Positions 15,159-25,103 of a stretch of 32,000 nucleotides of DNA are shown here, piece after piece (positions within the stretch are counted from its first letter, which is position 1; every line of letters starts with the position of its first letter). Location: positions 30,001-62,000 of the forward strand of contig CAKQHZ010000002.1 of assembly GCA_934246625.1 (NCBI GenBank), in the 5' to 3' direction. Under the pieces are notes generated by a model, which had not been told where the DNA came from, made no database searches, and saw only the letters and a program-made list of their open reading frames with translations. The DNA comes from an uncultured Alphaproteobacteria bacterium (lineage in GTDB: Bacteria > Pseudomonadota > Alphaproteobacteria > Rs-D84 > CACZYB01). The position numbers were made by a program, and so were the translations under genes.

Positions 15159-17711
15159 CTAGTAAATACCATCAAAATTTGTTTCATTATCATTAAGATT
15201 TGATTCACCAGAAGAAGAATTTCCATCAAATACATCAGATGCCCCAGACGCACCATTTAAAATTGTATTTTCTGTTCCTTCTCTAAATGCTTCCAAAATA
15301 ACATTAAAGTTATTATCCATCACGGTTGCAGGTTTTCCAGTTTCACGATTAACACGAACAAAACTTACCCCCTCTGGAACACGGAAAGCAACGTCCTTTT
15401 TATCCTTTAACACAACTTGCATAAATTCCTTAAATATAGGAGCAGCCAAAGAACCACCAGCAGCATAATTACCCAAACTTTTTGGTTGATCATATCCCAA
15501 AAATACACCAGCTACTAAGTCAGGAGTTCCACCAATAAACCACACATCTTTTTGGTCATTTGAAGTTCCTGTTTTACCACCAATAGTTTTACCTGGAATT
15601 CGAGCCTTCCAACCACTTCCTCGTTCAACAACACCTTGTAAAATATGAACAATTTGATATACAGACACAGGGTCAGCAAGTTGTTCACGATTATCTTCAA
15701 TATCAGGTGGAAGCAAATCTTCTTTCCATTGTAAGTTTGCACAATTTTCACAAACATTTTTATAGGAATTATATACAGTTTTACCATTTCTGTCTTGAAC
15801 TCTATCAACAACGATAGTATTCAATTTTTTTCCACCATTGATAAGTTGAGCAAATGCAGAAGTCAAATCAATCAATGTAGTATCACCACTTCCCAAAGCC
15901 ATAGAAAGATTCGGATCACTTACCTTTTTATAAACACCAAATTTCAATGCTGTTTTAATAAAGTTTCTTACACCAACATCTTTTGCAATACGAATTGTTG
16001 GATTATTTTTTGATTTTTCCAATGCACGTCTGAAAGTAATTTCACCAGCAAAAGCATTATCATAATTTTCAGGACGCCACAATTCACCATCACTTTTTTC
16101 CAAAACCACAGGAGCATCAAGAATAACACTTGATGGAGTATAATTTCCAGTTTCAAGAGCAGTCAAATACACAAAAGGTTTAATTGTAGACCCAGGTTGA
16201 CGATATGCCTGTGTCGCACGATTAAACTTGCTTCGACTATATGAAAAACCACCAACCATTGCAAACACACGTCCTGTATGAGGGTCAAGCACAACCATAG
16301 AACCATTAAGTTCAGGAACCTGTTGCAAAGAATATATCTTATTTTTTTCATCAGAAAGTTTTACAAAAATAATATCTCCAACTTTCAAAACTTGAGCAAC
16401 AGAAGAAATTGCAACATCAGATTTTTTACCATCAACAACACTTTTTGCCCATAACACATCAGAAAGTGGAATAATACCCTTATTTCCATTTGAAAGTCCA
16501 ATTTCGGCATTATCCTTTGCTACATCTATAACAATAGCTTTTTTCCAACCATCATCTTCCATTCCAGAAATTACCCCTTCACGAGAAAGAAGGACTTGCC
16601 ACAATTCTTTATTATTTTTTTCAATTTGCTTTACAATATTTGCATCTTCAAGCCAAGCCTTGTCATTCAAATCAATATTTTTTTCAGCCCCACGCCAACC
16701 GTGTTTTCTATCAAAATCAATCAAAGACTTTCTTAAAACACGAGTTGCAACTTCTTGATATTTTGGATTAATAGTTGTTCGAACGGCAAGTCCACCACTG
16801 TAAAGTTGTTCTTCGCCATAAATGTCAGATAATAATTTTCTAACTTCCTCAGAAAAATACAAAGAATACCTTTGTTGCTTTGAAATAAAACTTTCATTCA
16901 CAACAATATCTTCTTGCTTTGCATTTTCAGCTTCTTCCTTTGTAATATAGCCATCTTCAGCCATTCTATCCAACACATAATTACGACGAATAATCGCCTT
17001 ATCTTTGTTTGTAATAGGGTTATATGTGCTTGGTGCCTTTGGAAGTCCCGCCAAAAAAGCACATTCTGCCAAAGTCAATTCATCTAAAGATTTATTGAAA
17101 TAATTAAGTGCTGCCGCAGCCACACCATAAGAACGGAATCCCAAAAATATTTGGTTAAAATAAAGAGTCAAAATATGACGCTTTGAAAAAGCACGCTCCA
17201 TTTTAAGAGCCAAAATAATTTCCTTTATCTTTCGTGTAATTGATTGTTCAGATGAAAGGAAGAAATTTTTTGCAACCTGTTGAGTAATAGTAGATGCACC
17301 AACCATACGGCGACCACCACCCATAACTTTGTTCTTAATATTTGTAAGGAATGCTCGAAAAATACCAACAATATCAATACCACTATGGGTCCAAAAGTTT
17401 TTATCCTCCGCCGCAATAAAGGCATTGATAAGATTAGGAGGAACCTCCTTTAGAGGAACAAAAATTCGTTGTTCTGTTGCATATTCAGTAAGTAAAGTTC
17501 CATCACCTGCATAAAATCGACTTGTAACAGGAGGTTTATACTCCGCCAACTGATTATAATCAGGAAGATTTACACCATACTTCATAAAAACAAAAATAAA
17601 AAGAAACAAACACATCAAAGAAAGAAAAAACAATGACATAAAAAATATTTCAAGTTTACTTTTTTTCTTTTTTGTATTAACTGGTCTTTCTTCTGTATTT
17701 ATAATATCCAC
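15159..17711 (-). CDS. mrcA: Class A penicillin-binding protein 1A (glycosyltransferase + transpeptidase)
   Basis: 850 aa. GTG start with a GAGG SD and an N-terminal TM anchor. GT51 motifs are AAEDKNFWTHSGID and GASTITQQ. Transpeptidase motifs are STIK, SKN and KTGT. Confidence 0.95.
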   Translation of the reverse strand: MDIINTEERPVNTKKKKSKLEIFFMSLFFLSLMCLFLFIFVFMKYGVNLPDYNQLAEYKPPVTSRFYAGDGTLLTEYATEQRIFVPLKEVPPNLINAFIAAEDKNFWTHSGIDIVGIFRAFLTNIKNKVMGGGRRMVGASTITQQVAKNFFLSSEQSITRKIKEIILALKMERAFSKRHILTLYFNQIFLGFRSYGVAAAALNYFNKSLDELTLAECAFLAGLPKAPSTYNPITNKDKAIIRRNYVLDRMAEDGYITKEEAENAKQEDIVVNESFISKQQRYSLYFSEEVRKLLSDIYGEEQLYSGGLAVRTTINPKYQEVATRVLRKSLIDFDRKHGWRGAEKNIDLNDKAWLEDANIVKQIEKNNKELWQVLLSREGVISGMEDDGWKKAIVIDVAKDNAEIGLSNGNKGIIPLSDVLWAKSVVDGKKSDVAISSVAQVLKVGDIIFVKLSDEKNKIYSLQQVPELNGSMVVLDPHTGRVFAMVGGFSYSRSKFNRATQAYRQPGSTIKPFVYLTALETGNYTPSSVILDAPVVLEKSDGELWRPENYDNAFAGEITFRRALEKSKNNPTIRIAKDVGVRNFIKTALKFGVYKKVSDPNLSMALGSGDTTLIDLTSAFAQLINGGKKLNTIVVDRVQDRNGKTVYNSYKNVCENCANLQWKEDLLPPDIEDNREQLADPVSVYQIVHILQGVVERGSGWKARIPGKTIGGKTGTSNDQKDVWFIGGTPDLVAGVFLGYDQPKSLGNYAAGGSLAAPIFKEFMQVVLKDKKDVAFRVPEGVSFVRVNRETGKPATVMDNNFNVILEAFREGTENTILNGASGASDVFDGNSSSGESNLNDNETNFDGIY

Positions 17712-17784
17712 GTTTACCTCAAAAACTAAAGTTTAAAATTATCCCCTATTCTATAATCAAAAAATTCCTCTTGCAAGCAAAATA

Positions 17785-18501
17785 TCACTCTATCGCATAC
17801 AACATCAATCCATTTCGAGAAAGCCACTTTTGAGCCTTATCCACATCACCTTCATAAAGTTGTTTTACAACACGCCAAAATTTATAGGAATGATTCATTT
17901 CTGATAAATGAGAAACTTCATGTGCAACAATATAATCTATTACAAAAAGAGGAGCAAATACCAATCGCCAAGAAAAGGCAATATTACCATTGCTGGCACA
18001 ACTTCCCCATCGAGATGTTGTATCCTTTACTGAAATTTTACCATATTTTACATTAAGTTTGCTTGCATAATCTCTTACACGTTTTGCATAATAACTTTTG
18101 ACTTCATTTTTTAAAAAATCTTTAACTCTACGATTTAAAAACTCTTTATCCCCAGAAACAAAAATATAATCACCTTCTATCCAAACACCACGTCTTGCAT
18201 TTGGGATATGAGAAATTTTATATTTTTTACCAAGGACCGTGATAACTGCACCATCTGTGATTCGAATTTTTTCTGGCACCTTTTCAAGTTGCTTTGAAAC
18301 CCAATCTTTTTTTGATTCCAAAAATGCAACTGCTCTTGCTCTACTTACAAAAAAAGGATAACTAACTTTCACAACCTGTTTTGCCAAATTAGGTGTGATT
18401 TTTATTGCCTTTGCAGACAAAGACCTATTAAATTCTACTGGAATTACTTGCACAACTCCACCATCTTTTTTTATAACAAAAGAGTATTCAAAAGGCTTCA
18501 T
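17785..18501 (-). CDS. YgjP/DUF45-like zinc metallohydrolase (HExxH)
   Basis: 238 aa. C-terminal [18 protein letters not shown] carries the HExxH motif in the DUF45/SprT-like context. The start overlaps the rnhA stop by 4 nt. Confidence 0.75.
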   Translation of the reverse strand: MKPFEYSFVIKKDGGVVQVIPVEFNRSLSAKAIKITPNLAKQVVKVSYPFFVSRARAVAFLESKKDWVSKQLEKVPEKIRITDGAVITVLGKKYKISHIPNARRGVWIEGDYIFVSGDKEFLNRRVKDFLKNEVKSYYAKRVRDYASKLNVKYGKISVKDTTSRWGSCASNGNIAFSWRLVFAPLFVIDYIVAHEVSHLSEMNHSYKFWRVVKQLYEGDVDKAQKWLSRNGLMLYAIE

Positions 18502-18935
18502 TTTAAATCTTTTATTCCTTGTCTTGCAAGCTCATCAACACGTTCATTTTCAATATGACCATTGTGTCCCTTTACCCAATTCCAAGATACATTGTGAAAG
18601 GCACAAAGTTCATCTAATTTAAGCCACAACTCTTTATTCTTAACAGGCTTTTTTTGTGAATTTTTCCAATTATTTTTTTTCCAACCAATAATCCAATCTG
18701 TGATACCATTTTTAACATATTGACTATCCGTCCAAAGCTCTACATCACACTTTTTTTTCAAAAGTCCCAAAGCCTGTATCACCGCAGTCAACTCCATTTG
18801 ATTATTTGTTGTTTCAAGTTCACCGCCATAAATTTCACGTCTTTTTTCACCACAAATAAGCAAGGCACCCCAACCGCCCTTACCTGGGTTTCCACTACAC
18901 GCACCATCAGTATAAATGATAACTTTCTCACTCAT
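18498..18935 (-). CDS. rnhA: Ribonuclease HI
   Basis: 145 aa. The DEDD-type RNase H motifs are [28 protein letters not shown] and [14 protein letters not shown]. Confidence 0.95.
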   Translation of the reverse strand: MSEKVIIYTDGACSGNPGKGGWGALLICGEKRREIYGGELETTNNQMELTAVIQALGLLKKKCDVELWTDSQYVKNGITDWIIGWKKNNWKNSQKKPVKNKELWLKLDELCAFHNVSWNWVKGHNGHIENERVDELARQGIKDLK

Positions 18936-18995
18936 TTCTTGATTCTAACCCTTTTTCTTGTTATATTGTATATATTATAAATAAAGGAGTGTGAA

Positions 18996-20978
18996 ATGCA
19001 ACAAAAAGAAATTGAAACTTTGACCCAAATGGCAAATGCCATACGTTTTTTATCAGTAGATATGATTACAAAGGCAAAGTCAGGACATCCTGGGCTTCCA
19101 ATGGGGCTTTCTGAACTCGCAACTTGTCTTTTTAAAAATCATATAAGGTTTTCAACAAAAAATCCAAAATGGGAAAATCGTGATAAATTTGTTTTATCCG
19201 CAGGACACGGTTCAGCTCTTCTTTACAGCATTTTATACCTTACAGGATACAAGGATATAACATTAAATGATATAAAAAATTTTCGCCAAGTCGGCTTTCC
19301 AACTGCAGGACACCCAGAATACGGCTTCCTTGATGGTATAGAAACCACAACTGGACCTCTTGGTCAAGGCATTGCAACCGCCACAGGCATAGCAATAGCC
19401 GACAAAATCAAATCTGCGAAACTTGGCTCTGATATTATAAATAACAAAGTTTATGTTATTGCTGGTGATGGTTGTTTAATGGAGGGAATTTCCGAAGAAG
19501 CCATCTCTCTTGCTGGCACATTAAACCTTAATAACTTAATTGTGTTATGGGACAATAATAATATTACTATTGATGGCACAGTCGACATTACAAGCACAAC
19601 AAATATGATTGAAAGGTTCAAAGCAAATAACTGGAATACCTTTGAAATAAAAAATGGTTATGATTTTGAAGAAATCAATAAAGTAATAGAAGAAGCAAAA
19701 TCCTCAACAAAGCCAGCATTCATTTCTGTAAAAACAATCATTGGAAAAGGTTTGCATGAAGTTGAAAATTCAAGCAAAGTTCACGGTTCACCTCTTTCCG
19801 AAGAACAAAGAAATACTATGGCAGGTGAACTTAATTGGAAATTTTCACCATTTGAAATTCCCGAAGAAATTCTTTCAAATTGGCGACAAATTACATCAAA
19901 ATATGACGACGAAGTTAATTCATGGAACGAAAAGATACAAAAACTTTCACCAAAACAAAACGAATTTTTAAACCTTATTCAAACAAAAAATGAACCAGAT
20001 ATAAGTGATATATTTGCAACACTTAAACAAAATTTTATAAACACTAATTTTTCAAAGGCAACCCGAAATGCCAACGGCGAAATTATAAAAGCTATCACTC
20101 CACATATTCAAAATTTAATCGGTGGAACCGCGGATTTATCGGGTCCAACTTGCACAAAAAATGAAAATAGCCATACAATCACAGCCAACAATTTTGATGG
20201 CAACTTTATTGAATATGGTATCCGCGAACATAGTATGGGTGCAATATTAAATGGACTTTCACTTTCAGGTTTCAAACCATTCGGTTCAACATTTTTAACA
20301 TTTGTTGATTACCTTAAACCTGCACTTCGACTTTCATCACTTATGAAACAAAGTGCAATTTACATTTTAACTCACGATAGCTTTATGCTTGGCGAAGATG
20401 GTCCAACACACCAACCTATCGAACATTTGGCAATGCTTCGTGCACAACCAAACCTTAACGTCATAAGACCTGCTGATGCAATAGAGGCAACCGAAGCATG
20501 GGAAATTGCACTAAAATCAACAAAAACTCCAACAGCACTTTTATTTTCCCGCCAAAGCACACCTTTACTTCGAAACGATTATAAGGAAAATAAAACAGCC
20601 CTTGGTGCATATATAATAAGCAAGGCAGATAAAAATTCTCCTCAACTTTTAACCATCATTGCAACAGGAACCGAAGTTGCACTTGCAATCGAAGTTCAAA
20701 AAATCCTCCTTGCAAAAGATGGTATAAATGCAAGTGTTGTTTCAATGCCATGTATGGAATTATTTGAAACACAATCCGAAGATTACAAAGATGAAACAAT
20801 TCCACCTGAAACAATAACCGTTTCAATCGAGGCTGGCTCTACCTTTGGTTGGGCAAAATATTCCGATATTCAAATTGGAATTGACCATTTTGGTGCATCT
20901 GGCCCAGCAAAGGATTTAATGGAAAAATTTGGTTTTACTCCTGAATTACTTGCAAAACGAATAAAGGAAGAATTATAA
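18996..20978 (+). CDS. tkt: Transketolase
   Basis: 660 aa. SGHPGLPMG and the ThDP-binding GDGCLMEGISEE...NN motif. Full three-domain length. Confidence 0.97.
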   Translation: MQQKEIETLTQMANAIRFLSVDMITKAKSGHPGLPMGLSELATCLFKNHIRFSTKNPKWENRDKFVLSAGHGSALLYSILYLTGYKDITLNDIKNFRQVGFPTAGHPEYGFLDGIETTTGPLGQGIATATGIAIADKIKSAKLGSDIINNKVYVIAGDGCLMEGISEEAISLAGTLNLNNLIVLWDNNNITIDGTVDITSTTNMIERFKANNWNTFEIKNGYDFEEINKVIEEAKSSTKPAFISVKTIIGKGLHEVENSSKVHGSPLSEEQRNTMAGELNWKFSPFEIPEEILSNWRQITSKYDDEVNSWNEKIQKLSPKQNEFLNLIQTKNEPDISDIFATLKQNFINTNFSKATRNANGEIIKAITPHIQNLIGGTADLSGPTCTKNENSHTITANNFDGNFIEYGIREHSMGAILNGLSLSGFKPFGSTFLTFVDYLKPALRLSSLMKQSAIYILTHDSFMLGEDGPTHQPIEHLAMLRAQPNLNVIRPADAIEATEAWEIALKSTKTPTALLFSRQSTPLLRNDYKENKTALGAYIISKADKNSPQLLTIIATGTEVALAIEVQKILLAKDGINASVVSMPCMELFETQSEDYKDETIPPETITVSIEAGSTFGWAKYSDIQIGIDHFGASGPAKDLMEKFGFTPELLAKRIKEEL

Positions 20979-20981
20979 AAC

Positions 20982-21013
20982 AAAAAAAAACGCCACAAAA
21001 ACTGGCGGTTTTT
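20982..21013. terminator. Bidirectional terminator between tkt and the 355-aa ORF
   Basis: A9 run, then stem CGCCA (20991-20995) pairing with TGGCG (21003-21007) around a 7-nt loop, then T5. Confidence 0.6.
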
Positions 21014-21030
21014 AATTGGAAATAAAGTTT

Positions 21031-22098
21031 TTACTCACGTCCCTTTTGTGAAAGAGAGTCAACCATATTATGCACTTCTTCAAATTTTTGTTTTAAACCT
21101 TTACCATTCACATAATTATCAAATGCTTCATAATCCTTAAAACTTTCAAAAATTGAAAAAGGTATTACCTTTCCATCAAATGAAAATACATCAACTTTGC
21201 CCTTTAAAACAAAAGATTTTTCCTTTTCATTTTTCAATGCCATATCTGCATTTTTCAAAGAAATAAGTTCTTCTACCAAAGTTTTTTTAAACTCTGGTGT
21301 TTTGGTGTTAAGGTAAAAAATAAATGGAGATTGCTTACTTTCACTCATATAATCCAACAATCCCAACACACTAGATTTAACAGAACCATTAACAACTGCA
21401 CTATCCTTTTGATGTGAAATTGTCATATTATTATCAGCCTTTATCATAGAAACTTTTGTCCCAATAACATCATTATCATTTCTGAAAGTAATATTTGAAG
21501 CATCACCAATTTTAACTTCTTTACCATTAAAACTGCGAACATCTGATGATTTTTCATCTTCCTTTACATCAACATTCAAAGAATCTTCATCGCTTATATT
21601 ATCAAGGACATACCAAAGTGGGTGATGAACAACTTGTTCATTTTTTTCATCATCTGACAAAACTTCCTCATTAACAAATGCTTTATCAAAAATACCTTCT
21701 GATAAGGTAAGTTCATATCGTGAAGGTTGCACAACTGCCATAGGATACAAAAAAGAATTCTGAGGATTTTTCGTTTGCGATTTAATATAACTTTCAACAT
21801 CATTTAATGTTTCCAAATAATCATCTGAATTTAAAAGAGTTTTTTCAATATAATCTTTAAATTTCTTTGATTTTTCCTTATTCTCAAGCAACGTAAAATT
21901 ATCATTTATTACTTCTTGAACTCGACTAATAAACCCAGCAATAAAAGAAAGTTTTTCAACCACAAAATTTATTGCGATATGTTTTTCAAATTTATCACTT
22001 AAACTCTTTGCAAACTTAAGGCTATAAATCCCGCCAAACGTAGAAATAATTTCCGAAAATTTATCCAAATTTTGTAAAACTAATTCAAAATTAACCAT
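21031..22098 (-). CDS. Hypothetical protein (355 aa), no recognisable domain
   Basis: A long uninterrupted ORF with an AAGGA SD, its own promoter and a terminator. Helical N-terminus, acidic middle, beta-rich C-terminus by eye. No signal peptide or TM helix. Confidence 0.6.
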   Translation of the reverse strand: MVNFELVLQNLDKFSEIISTFGGIYSLKFAKSLSDKFEKHIAINFVVEKLSFIAGFISRVQEVINDNFTLLENKEKSKKFKDYIEKTLLNSDDYLETLNDVESYIKSQTKNPQNSFLYPMAVVQPSRYELTLSEGIFDKAFVNEEVLSDDEKNEQVVHHPLWYVLDNISDEDSLNVDVKEDEKSSDVRSFNGKEVKIGDASNITFRNDNDVIGTKVSMIKADNNMTISHQKDSAVVNGSVKSSVLGLLDYMSESKQSPFIFYLNTKTPEFKKTLVEELISLKNADMALKNEKEKSFVLKGKVDVFSFDGKVIPFSIFESFKDYEAFDNYVNGKGLKQKFEEVHNMVDSLSQKGRE

Positions 22099-22136
22099 AT
22101 TAAAATCCTTTGCTTATTTATTTTTATACAAAGGAA

Positions 22137-22165
22137 ATTATAACATAAAAAAATACTCACAACAA
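22137..22165 (-). promoter_or_regulatory. Candidate strong promoter of the 355-aa ORF
   Basis: The minus strand reads TTGTTG (22165-22160), a 17-nt spacer, then TGtTATAAT (extended -10; TATAAT at 22142-22137). Confidence 0.5.
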
Positions 22166-22166
22166 G

Positions 22167-23045
22167 TTATTTATTAAGACTTTCCTTAATCGCGACAATT
22201 TGTGTTTTAAAGAAAGTCCTTTGTCGCTTTGCATATTGTCTTGTCAAAAGAACAATTTTATCTTTTAATTCAGACATAGTCATTTTTGCATCTAAATAAT
22301 TTTTAATCTCACTAACACCAATAACTTTAAAAATAGGTGCATTTGCATCATATCCCATATTATACAAAGCCTCTACCTCATCAATAACACCATTTTCAAG
22401 CATAGTCTCAGTTCGTAATTTAATACGATTTTCAAGTATTCCCATTTCATAATCAACAAACTCTACATCAAATTCAGCATACGGAATTGGTTTTATTTTT
22501 TTATTTCTTTGCCATACGGAAAGAGGAGTTCCAGTTGCACGGAAAACTTCTATACCACGCAAAATTCTTTGCTTATCATTTGTCGCAATTTTTTTTGCCA
22601 AATCTTCATCATATTTTTTAAGAATATTATAAAGGTCAATACACTTTGCTCCAATTCCTTCTTTACGGACAAGTTCACGAATTTTCGGTGGCACAGATGG
22701 AATTACAGAAAGACCTTCAGTCAATGCCTTTATATAAAAGCCAGTTCCACCAACAACATAAGGTTGTTTGCCAGCCACAAAACATTTTTCAATTTCCGCC
22801 TTTGCAAACTCACACCACTTTGCAACGTCCATTTTATCATTTCCATTTATAAAGCCATAAAGTTTATGAGGAACCTTTTCATAATCCTCCTTTGATGGAC
22901 AAGCGGTAAGTATAGGAAGTTCACGATAAACCTGCTGACTATCAGCATTTATAATAACTCCATTATTTTTAATTGCTTCTTCTATTGCCCTTGCACTTTT
23001 TCCAGTTGCAGTCGCACCACAAATAATTTTAACTTTTTCTTGCAT
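22167..23045 (-). CDS. miaA: tRNA dimethylallyltransferase
   Basis: 292 aa. P-loop GATATGKS, then DSQQVYRELPILTA. Confidence 0.95.
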   Translation of the reverse strand: MQEKVKIICGATATGKSARAIEEAIKNNGVIINADSQQVYRELPILTACPSKEDYEKVPHKLYGFINGNDKMDVAKWCEFAKAEIEKCFVAGKQPYVVGGTGFYIKALTEGLSVIPSVPPKIRELVRKEGIGAKCIDLYNILKKYDEDLAKKIATNDKQRILRGIEVFRATGTPLSVWQRNKKIKPIPYAEFDVEFVDYEMGILENRIKLRTETMLENGVIDEVEALYNMGYDANAPIFKVIGVSEIKNYLDAKMTMSELKDKIVLLTRQYAKRQRTFFKTQIVAIKESLNK

Positions 23046-23118
23046 AATAAAAATCCTTGCTATACTTCATTTTATGAAATAATATAAAGTATAAAAATAA
23101 ATAAGCAAAGGATTTTTT

Positions 23119-23985
23119 ATGTTAGGGATATTAGGCAAAAAATTATCATCAATATTTACAAATAAAAAATTGGACTCAAATACACTTGAAAGTTTAGAAG
23201 AACTTTTAATCACATCTGACATCTCCTATGATATTGTTGAAAACCTTATCACCACAATAAAAAAACAAAAATTTGATAAGGATACAAACGAAACAGAAAT
23301 CAAACAATTATTAAAAGAAGAGTTATCAAAACTAATCTCTCCTTATGACACAACATTTTCTATTGGCACCGAAAAACCATATTCTATTATTATGATTGGT
23401 GTCAATGGAAGTGGTAAAACAACCACCATAGGAAAACTTTGCAACAAATACGTTTGCGAGGGCAAATCTGTATCTGTTATTGCATGCGATACTTTCAGAA
23501 TAGCTGCCACCGAACAACTTAAAAGTTGGACCGACAAAGCTGGTGCCAAACTTATATCAAAGGATAATGCGAACCCATCTGGACTTGCCTATGACGGATA
23601 TAACATTGCAAAATCACAAAACGATGATATAGTTTTCATTGATACCGCAGGACGACTTTCCAATAATGAAAATTTAATGGCAGAACTTGAAAAAATAATC
23701 AAAACAATAAAAAAAGTTGATACCACCGCCCCACATAAAACAATTTTGGTTTTAGATGGAAACGGCGGACAAAACAGCCTTATTCAAATGGAAAAATTTT
23801 CAAAAAATATAAATATAGATGGTTTTATAATTACCAAAACCGAAGGTTCTTCAAAATCTGGGTTTATAATTTCTCTTATACACAAATATAAAAAACCAGT
23901 ATATTTTATCACAAATGGGGAAAAAATTGATGATATAAAACCATTTTCATCAAACGAATTTTTAAACAATTTATTAGATTTATAA
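23119..23985 (+). CDS. ftsY: Signal recognition particle receptor FtsY (NG domain only, no acidic A domain)
   Basis: 288 aa. SRP-GTPase motifs GVNGSGKTTT, DTAGR and TKTEG. Confidence 0.92.
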   Translation: MLGILGKKLSSIFTNKKLDSNTLESLEELLITSDISYDIVENLITTIKKQKFDKDTNETEIKQLLKEELSKLISPYDTTFSIGTEKPYSIIMIGVNGSGKTTTIGKLCNKYVCEGKSVSVIACDTFRIAATEQLKSWTDKAGAKLISKDNANPSGLAYDGYNIAKSQNDDIVFIDTAGRLSNNENLMAELEKIIKTIKKVDTTAPHKTILVLDGNGGQNSLIQMEKFSKNINIDGFIITKTEGSSKSGFIISLIHKYKKPVYFITNGEKIDDIKPFSSNEFLNNLLDL

Positions 23986-23996
23986 GGAAGACTAAA

Positions 23997-24779
23997 ATGA
24001 AAAAATTAACACCAATAAAATCAGAAAAAATTTGGGGATACGAAGATTGGATTGCATCAACTCACCCAAATGGTTTTCAAAAAGATTTATTTGAAATGTA
24101 TGGAAAGGATTATCCTTTGCTTGTAAAGGTAATTCAGGCAAATGACAACCTAAGTGTTCAAGTCCACCCTAACGATACCCAAGCAAAACTTTATGAAAAT
24201 TGTCGTGGCAAAACAGAATGCTGGTATATTCTTTCTGCTGAAAAAAATACAAAACTCGTTTATGGTTTAAATAAAAGCTATAACAAAAACGAATTAAAAG
24301 ATGCCATCAAAACAAATACACTTGAAAAATATCTTCATTATGAACCTGTAAAAGCTGGCGATTTTATTTATATTCCAGCCGGCACCGTTCATGCAATTTG
24401 TGGCGGTTTAAGGATTTTAGAAGTCCAACAATCAAGCGATATAACATACCGACTTTATGATTACGGCCGTGGTCGTGAATGTCATATTGAAAAGGGTGTA
24501 AATTGCATAAAAAATTCTGAAAATCAAAAGGTAAAACAATTTGATAAAACTTTCAACTGCCCTTATTTCAATTTGGAAAAAATTGATGTAAAAGATAGCT
24601 ATTCTTCACAAATAAAAGGCAAAAATCCATCTGATATAACACTTTTATTTGTAATTGATGGAAACGGAACAATAAATGAAACTCCTGTAAAAAAGGAAGA
24701 CATTTTTGCATTCAAATCTGGTGAAAATATAAAAATCAATGGACTTTTAAACCTTATGAAAATCTCAGAACGAGAATAA
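23997..24779 (+). CDS. manA: Class I mannose-6-phosphate isomerase-like cupin
   Basis: 260 aa. WGYEDW, SVQVHPND, KTECWYIL and IPAGTVHAI correspond to the type I PMI metal-ligand motifs. It is shorter than the Bacillus-type ManA I know. Confidence 0.7.
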   Translation: MKKLTPIKSEKIWGYEDWIASTHPNGFQKDLFEMYGKDYPLLVKVIQANDNLSVQVHPNDTQAKLYENCRGKTECWYILSAEKNTKLVYGLNKSYNKNELKDAIKTNTLEKYLHYEPVKAGDFIYIPAGTVHAICGGLRILEVQQSSDITYRLYDYGRGRECHIEKGVNCIKNSENQKVKQFDKTFNCPYFNLEKIDVKDSYSSQIKGKNPSDITLLFVIDGNGTINETPVKKEDIFAFKSGENIKINGLLNLMKISERE

Positions 24780-24821
24780 TTTACTAAAATTTTCATTTTA
24801 TTATAGATAAGTCCATAAAAA

Positions 24822-24830
24822 TGTGATAAT
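24822..24830 (+). promoter_or_regulatory. Extended -10-like element upstream of the 73-aa ORF
   Basis: TGtGATAAT (24822-24830). An AAGGAG SD precedes the ATG at 24863. Confidence 0.3.
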
Positions 24831-24862
24831 ATATTACCCTTTCAAATAAGGAGTATTATATT

Positions 24863-25084
24863 ATGCAAATAAGAAGTTTAACAGAAACTGAACTAAACAA
24901 TTTTCCAAAAGGAAAGTTTAAACCACTTGATAAAAATGGAAATTTATGCGAATTTGAATCAAATAAAGACTATAACGAAAAAGAGCTAAAGAAATTATTT
25001 TCTCAACCAAAATATACAAGAAAATCTACAAAACATAAAATTTTATCTGCTCTTATAAAAATGCTTAAGACAAAAGCCCTTTAA
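24863..25084 (+). CDS. Small basic hypothetical protein (73 aa)
   Basis: AAGGAG SD. The ORF ends inside the loop of the following terminator. No family recognised. Confidence 0.45.
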   Translation: MQIRSLTETELNNFPKGKFKPLDKNGNLCEFESNKDYNEKELKKLFSQPKYTRKSTKHKILSALIKMLKTKAL

Positions 25085-25101
25085 TAAAAAGGGCTTTTTT
25101 T
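25072..25101. terminator. Bidirectional terminator between the 73-aa ORF and leuS
   Basis: An 11-bp stem, AAAAGCCCTTT (25072-25082) with AAAGGGCTTTT (25088-25098), around the loop AATAA. T-run downstream and A-run upstream. Confidence 0.7.
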
Positions 25102-25103
25102 AA

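Noticed and set aside
23047-23116. Imperfect inverted repeat AAAAATCCTTGC ... GCAAAGGATTTTT in the miaA-ftsY intergenic region (possible operator)
   Set aside because: The two arms are simply the mirrored AAGGA Shine-Dalgarno regions of the two divergently oriented genes. Nothing requires a regulator site.
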